DNA of 64,000 nucleotides from Lytechinus pictus (lineage: Eukaryota), in assembly GCF_037042905.1 (NCBI RefSeq), contig NC_087245.1, forward strand, positions 23,004,001 through 23,068,000, written 5' to 3'. Under the pieces are notes generated by a model, which was not told the origin of the DNA, did no database searches, and saw nothing but the letters and a program-made list of their open reading frames with translations. Both the position numbers and the translations under genes were made by a program. Positions 62,435 through 64,000 of the stretch are shown here, piece by piece. Positions within the stretch are counted from its first letter, which is position 1; each line of letters starts with the position of its first letter.

Positions 62435-63897
62435 CACTGGCGTAAATCCGGGGGGGGGGGGGTGGGGGGATATATCCCCCCACTTTTCGAGGAGGGGGGG
62501 ATGGCCTGTACAAACATCCCCCCCACTTTTTACGAAAGAAATGAAAAAAAAAATAACAAGAGATAATTGTTTTATTGGTGAAAATTCTTCCAAAAATACC
62601 GCTTAACAAATAAAATAATATTATTGAATCATAAAATGCAAATAAAGAGCCAGTTCACCATTTCCAAACGAAATAATTATGTCCTTATTATAACATTGAA
62701 CAGAAACCCCCGTTTCTTCCAATTCATCAATGTTGGGGTCTTTGGGAAGGGATTAAGATGGAATGTCAAAAATTTGTTGAATGTAATCTCTAATAAAACC
62801 AATAAACCATCATGTGGTAAAAAAGATAATAATATTGGAGGGGTATTTGCCATATGGACATACAGTGGCGTAACTACGGGGGACATGGGGGGCACATCCC
62901 CCCCCCCCCATCGGCTGACCAAAAAAAATACGGGGAAAGGGGGAAAAGGAGAAAAGAGGGAGAAAGAAAGAGAAACGTAGTGGGAAAGAAGAAAATATTA
63001 TTCATTAGAATGTTATATTATATTATAACTATGTTAAGTTACATTACATAAGAAACATTTTTATCATAACTTTATGAAACATAATTTGCCCAGGGCCTAC
63101 GTCTTCATTGTTCCTGGTGCTCGCATTGTCTGTTTAACGAGATATATAATCCTGTTATACTAAAACATCCCGTTTTCAAGTCAATATAAACCAAATATAT
63201 TTCCTAGCACTTGAGTTATCATTGTTTTATGTAGTGACATATGCTTCTTTTTCATAACTTAAAAGTGATTGCCCCATGTTAAGGTCTTCGTATATATGAA
63301 ACATTTCCTGTCCGTGATTACGTTCGCATTAGTGGATTGGTGAGATATGTCTGCTCTTCATGAATTCCTAAAATCAGTCCTTAAAAATGTCCCTTCTTCT
63401 GATCTGAATATCAAAAATTTTCAGCTCGCGCTTCGCGCTCGCACCATTTGGTTAATGAAATACGTATGGTCCTAGTTAATTCCTACAAAGAAACCTTAGA
63501 ATGCCCCACTTCAGGTCTGAATTATCTAAGTTTTCAGCTCGCGCTCGCATTGTTAAGCGAGACAGGTACCTATCATGATTACACAAATTTGATTATAATG
63601 TCCCTTTTTAGGTGTGAAAATAAAAAAAATTCAGCTCGCGCTTCGCGCTCGCATTATTTGATCAGTGAGATACATATCCGTTTAATGACATTGTCCTTAA
63701 AATGTCTCTATTAGGTCACTCACTCAGTCATTCAAAAATTTTGCTGGTTCCCCCCCCCCCCCCAATGCCGTGACCCACGGTCGCCACTGTGGACATATCA
63801 ATGGCAATTCCTTGCATATCTAAAAACATGATTGCAAAAAAAATGCCAAAATATTTCAGTCATCCCCCCCACCCATCAACACGGATTTACGCCAGTG
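62435..63897. mobile_element. Non-autonomous hAT-like element (outer)
   Basis: 16-bp perfect TIR CACTGGCGTAAATCCG; 8-bp TSD TCAAGAGC. Confidence 0.88.
62863..63789. mobile_element. Non-autonomous hAT-like element (inner, nested)
   Basis: CAGTGGCG / CGCCACTG termini; 8-bp TSD TGGACATA. Confidence 0.85.
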
Positions 63898-64000
63898 TCA
63901 AGAGCTAATTAATATAATGAGTACAAGGTGGATTATGATTTGTAGAGAGGAGCGTTCCTGGCTCTCCATTGGTGGTATGAAAACTTGATTCTACTTAATT

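Overview
AT-rich, intron-containing animal genomic DNA. The repeat landscape suggests a sea urchin or other echinoderm, which is an inference. Two divergently oriented spliced genes can be built by hand from GT-AG junctions. (1) On the minus strand is a 4-exon MALSU1 (mitoribosome assembly factor, RsfS/Iojap family; CDS 13444->5871, ~410 aa). (2) On the plus strand is an unrecognised gene of at least 18 exons (22205->59117+, ~1,920 aa) encoding a predicted secreted protein. It has a signal peptide, a CTCPC micro-exon, a single 3-kb exon of 12 near-identical 77/79-aa hyper-acidic repeats rich in S-x-E and N-x-T motifs, about six divergent ~135-165-aa modules (one is clearly FAMeT/Methyltransf_FA-like) and a poly-Ser linker. 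Introns and intergenic DNA hold many non-autonomous DNA transposons (TTAA, 8-bp, 9-bp, 5-bp and TAA target duplications; several nested up to three deep), tRNA-derived SINEs, LINE fragments, a 43-bp minisatellite carrying kB-type palindromes, and a 143-bp duplication that copies a splice acceptor. There is no prokaryotic, CRISPR or rRNA content.
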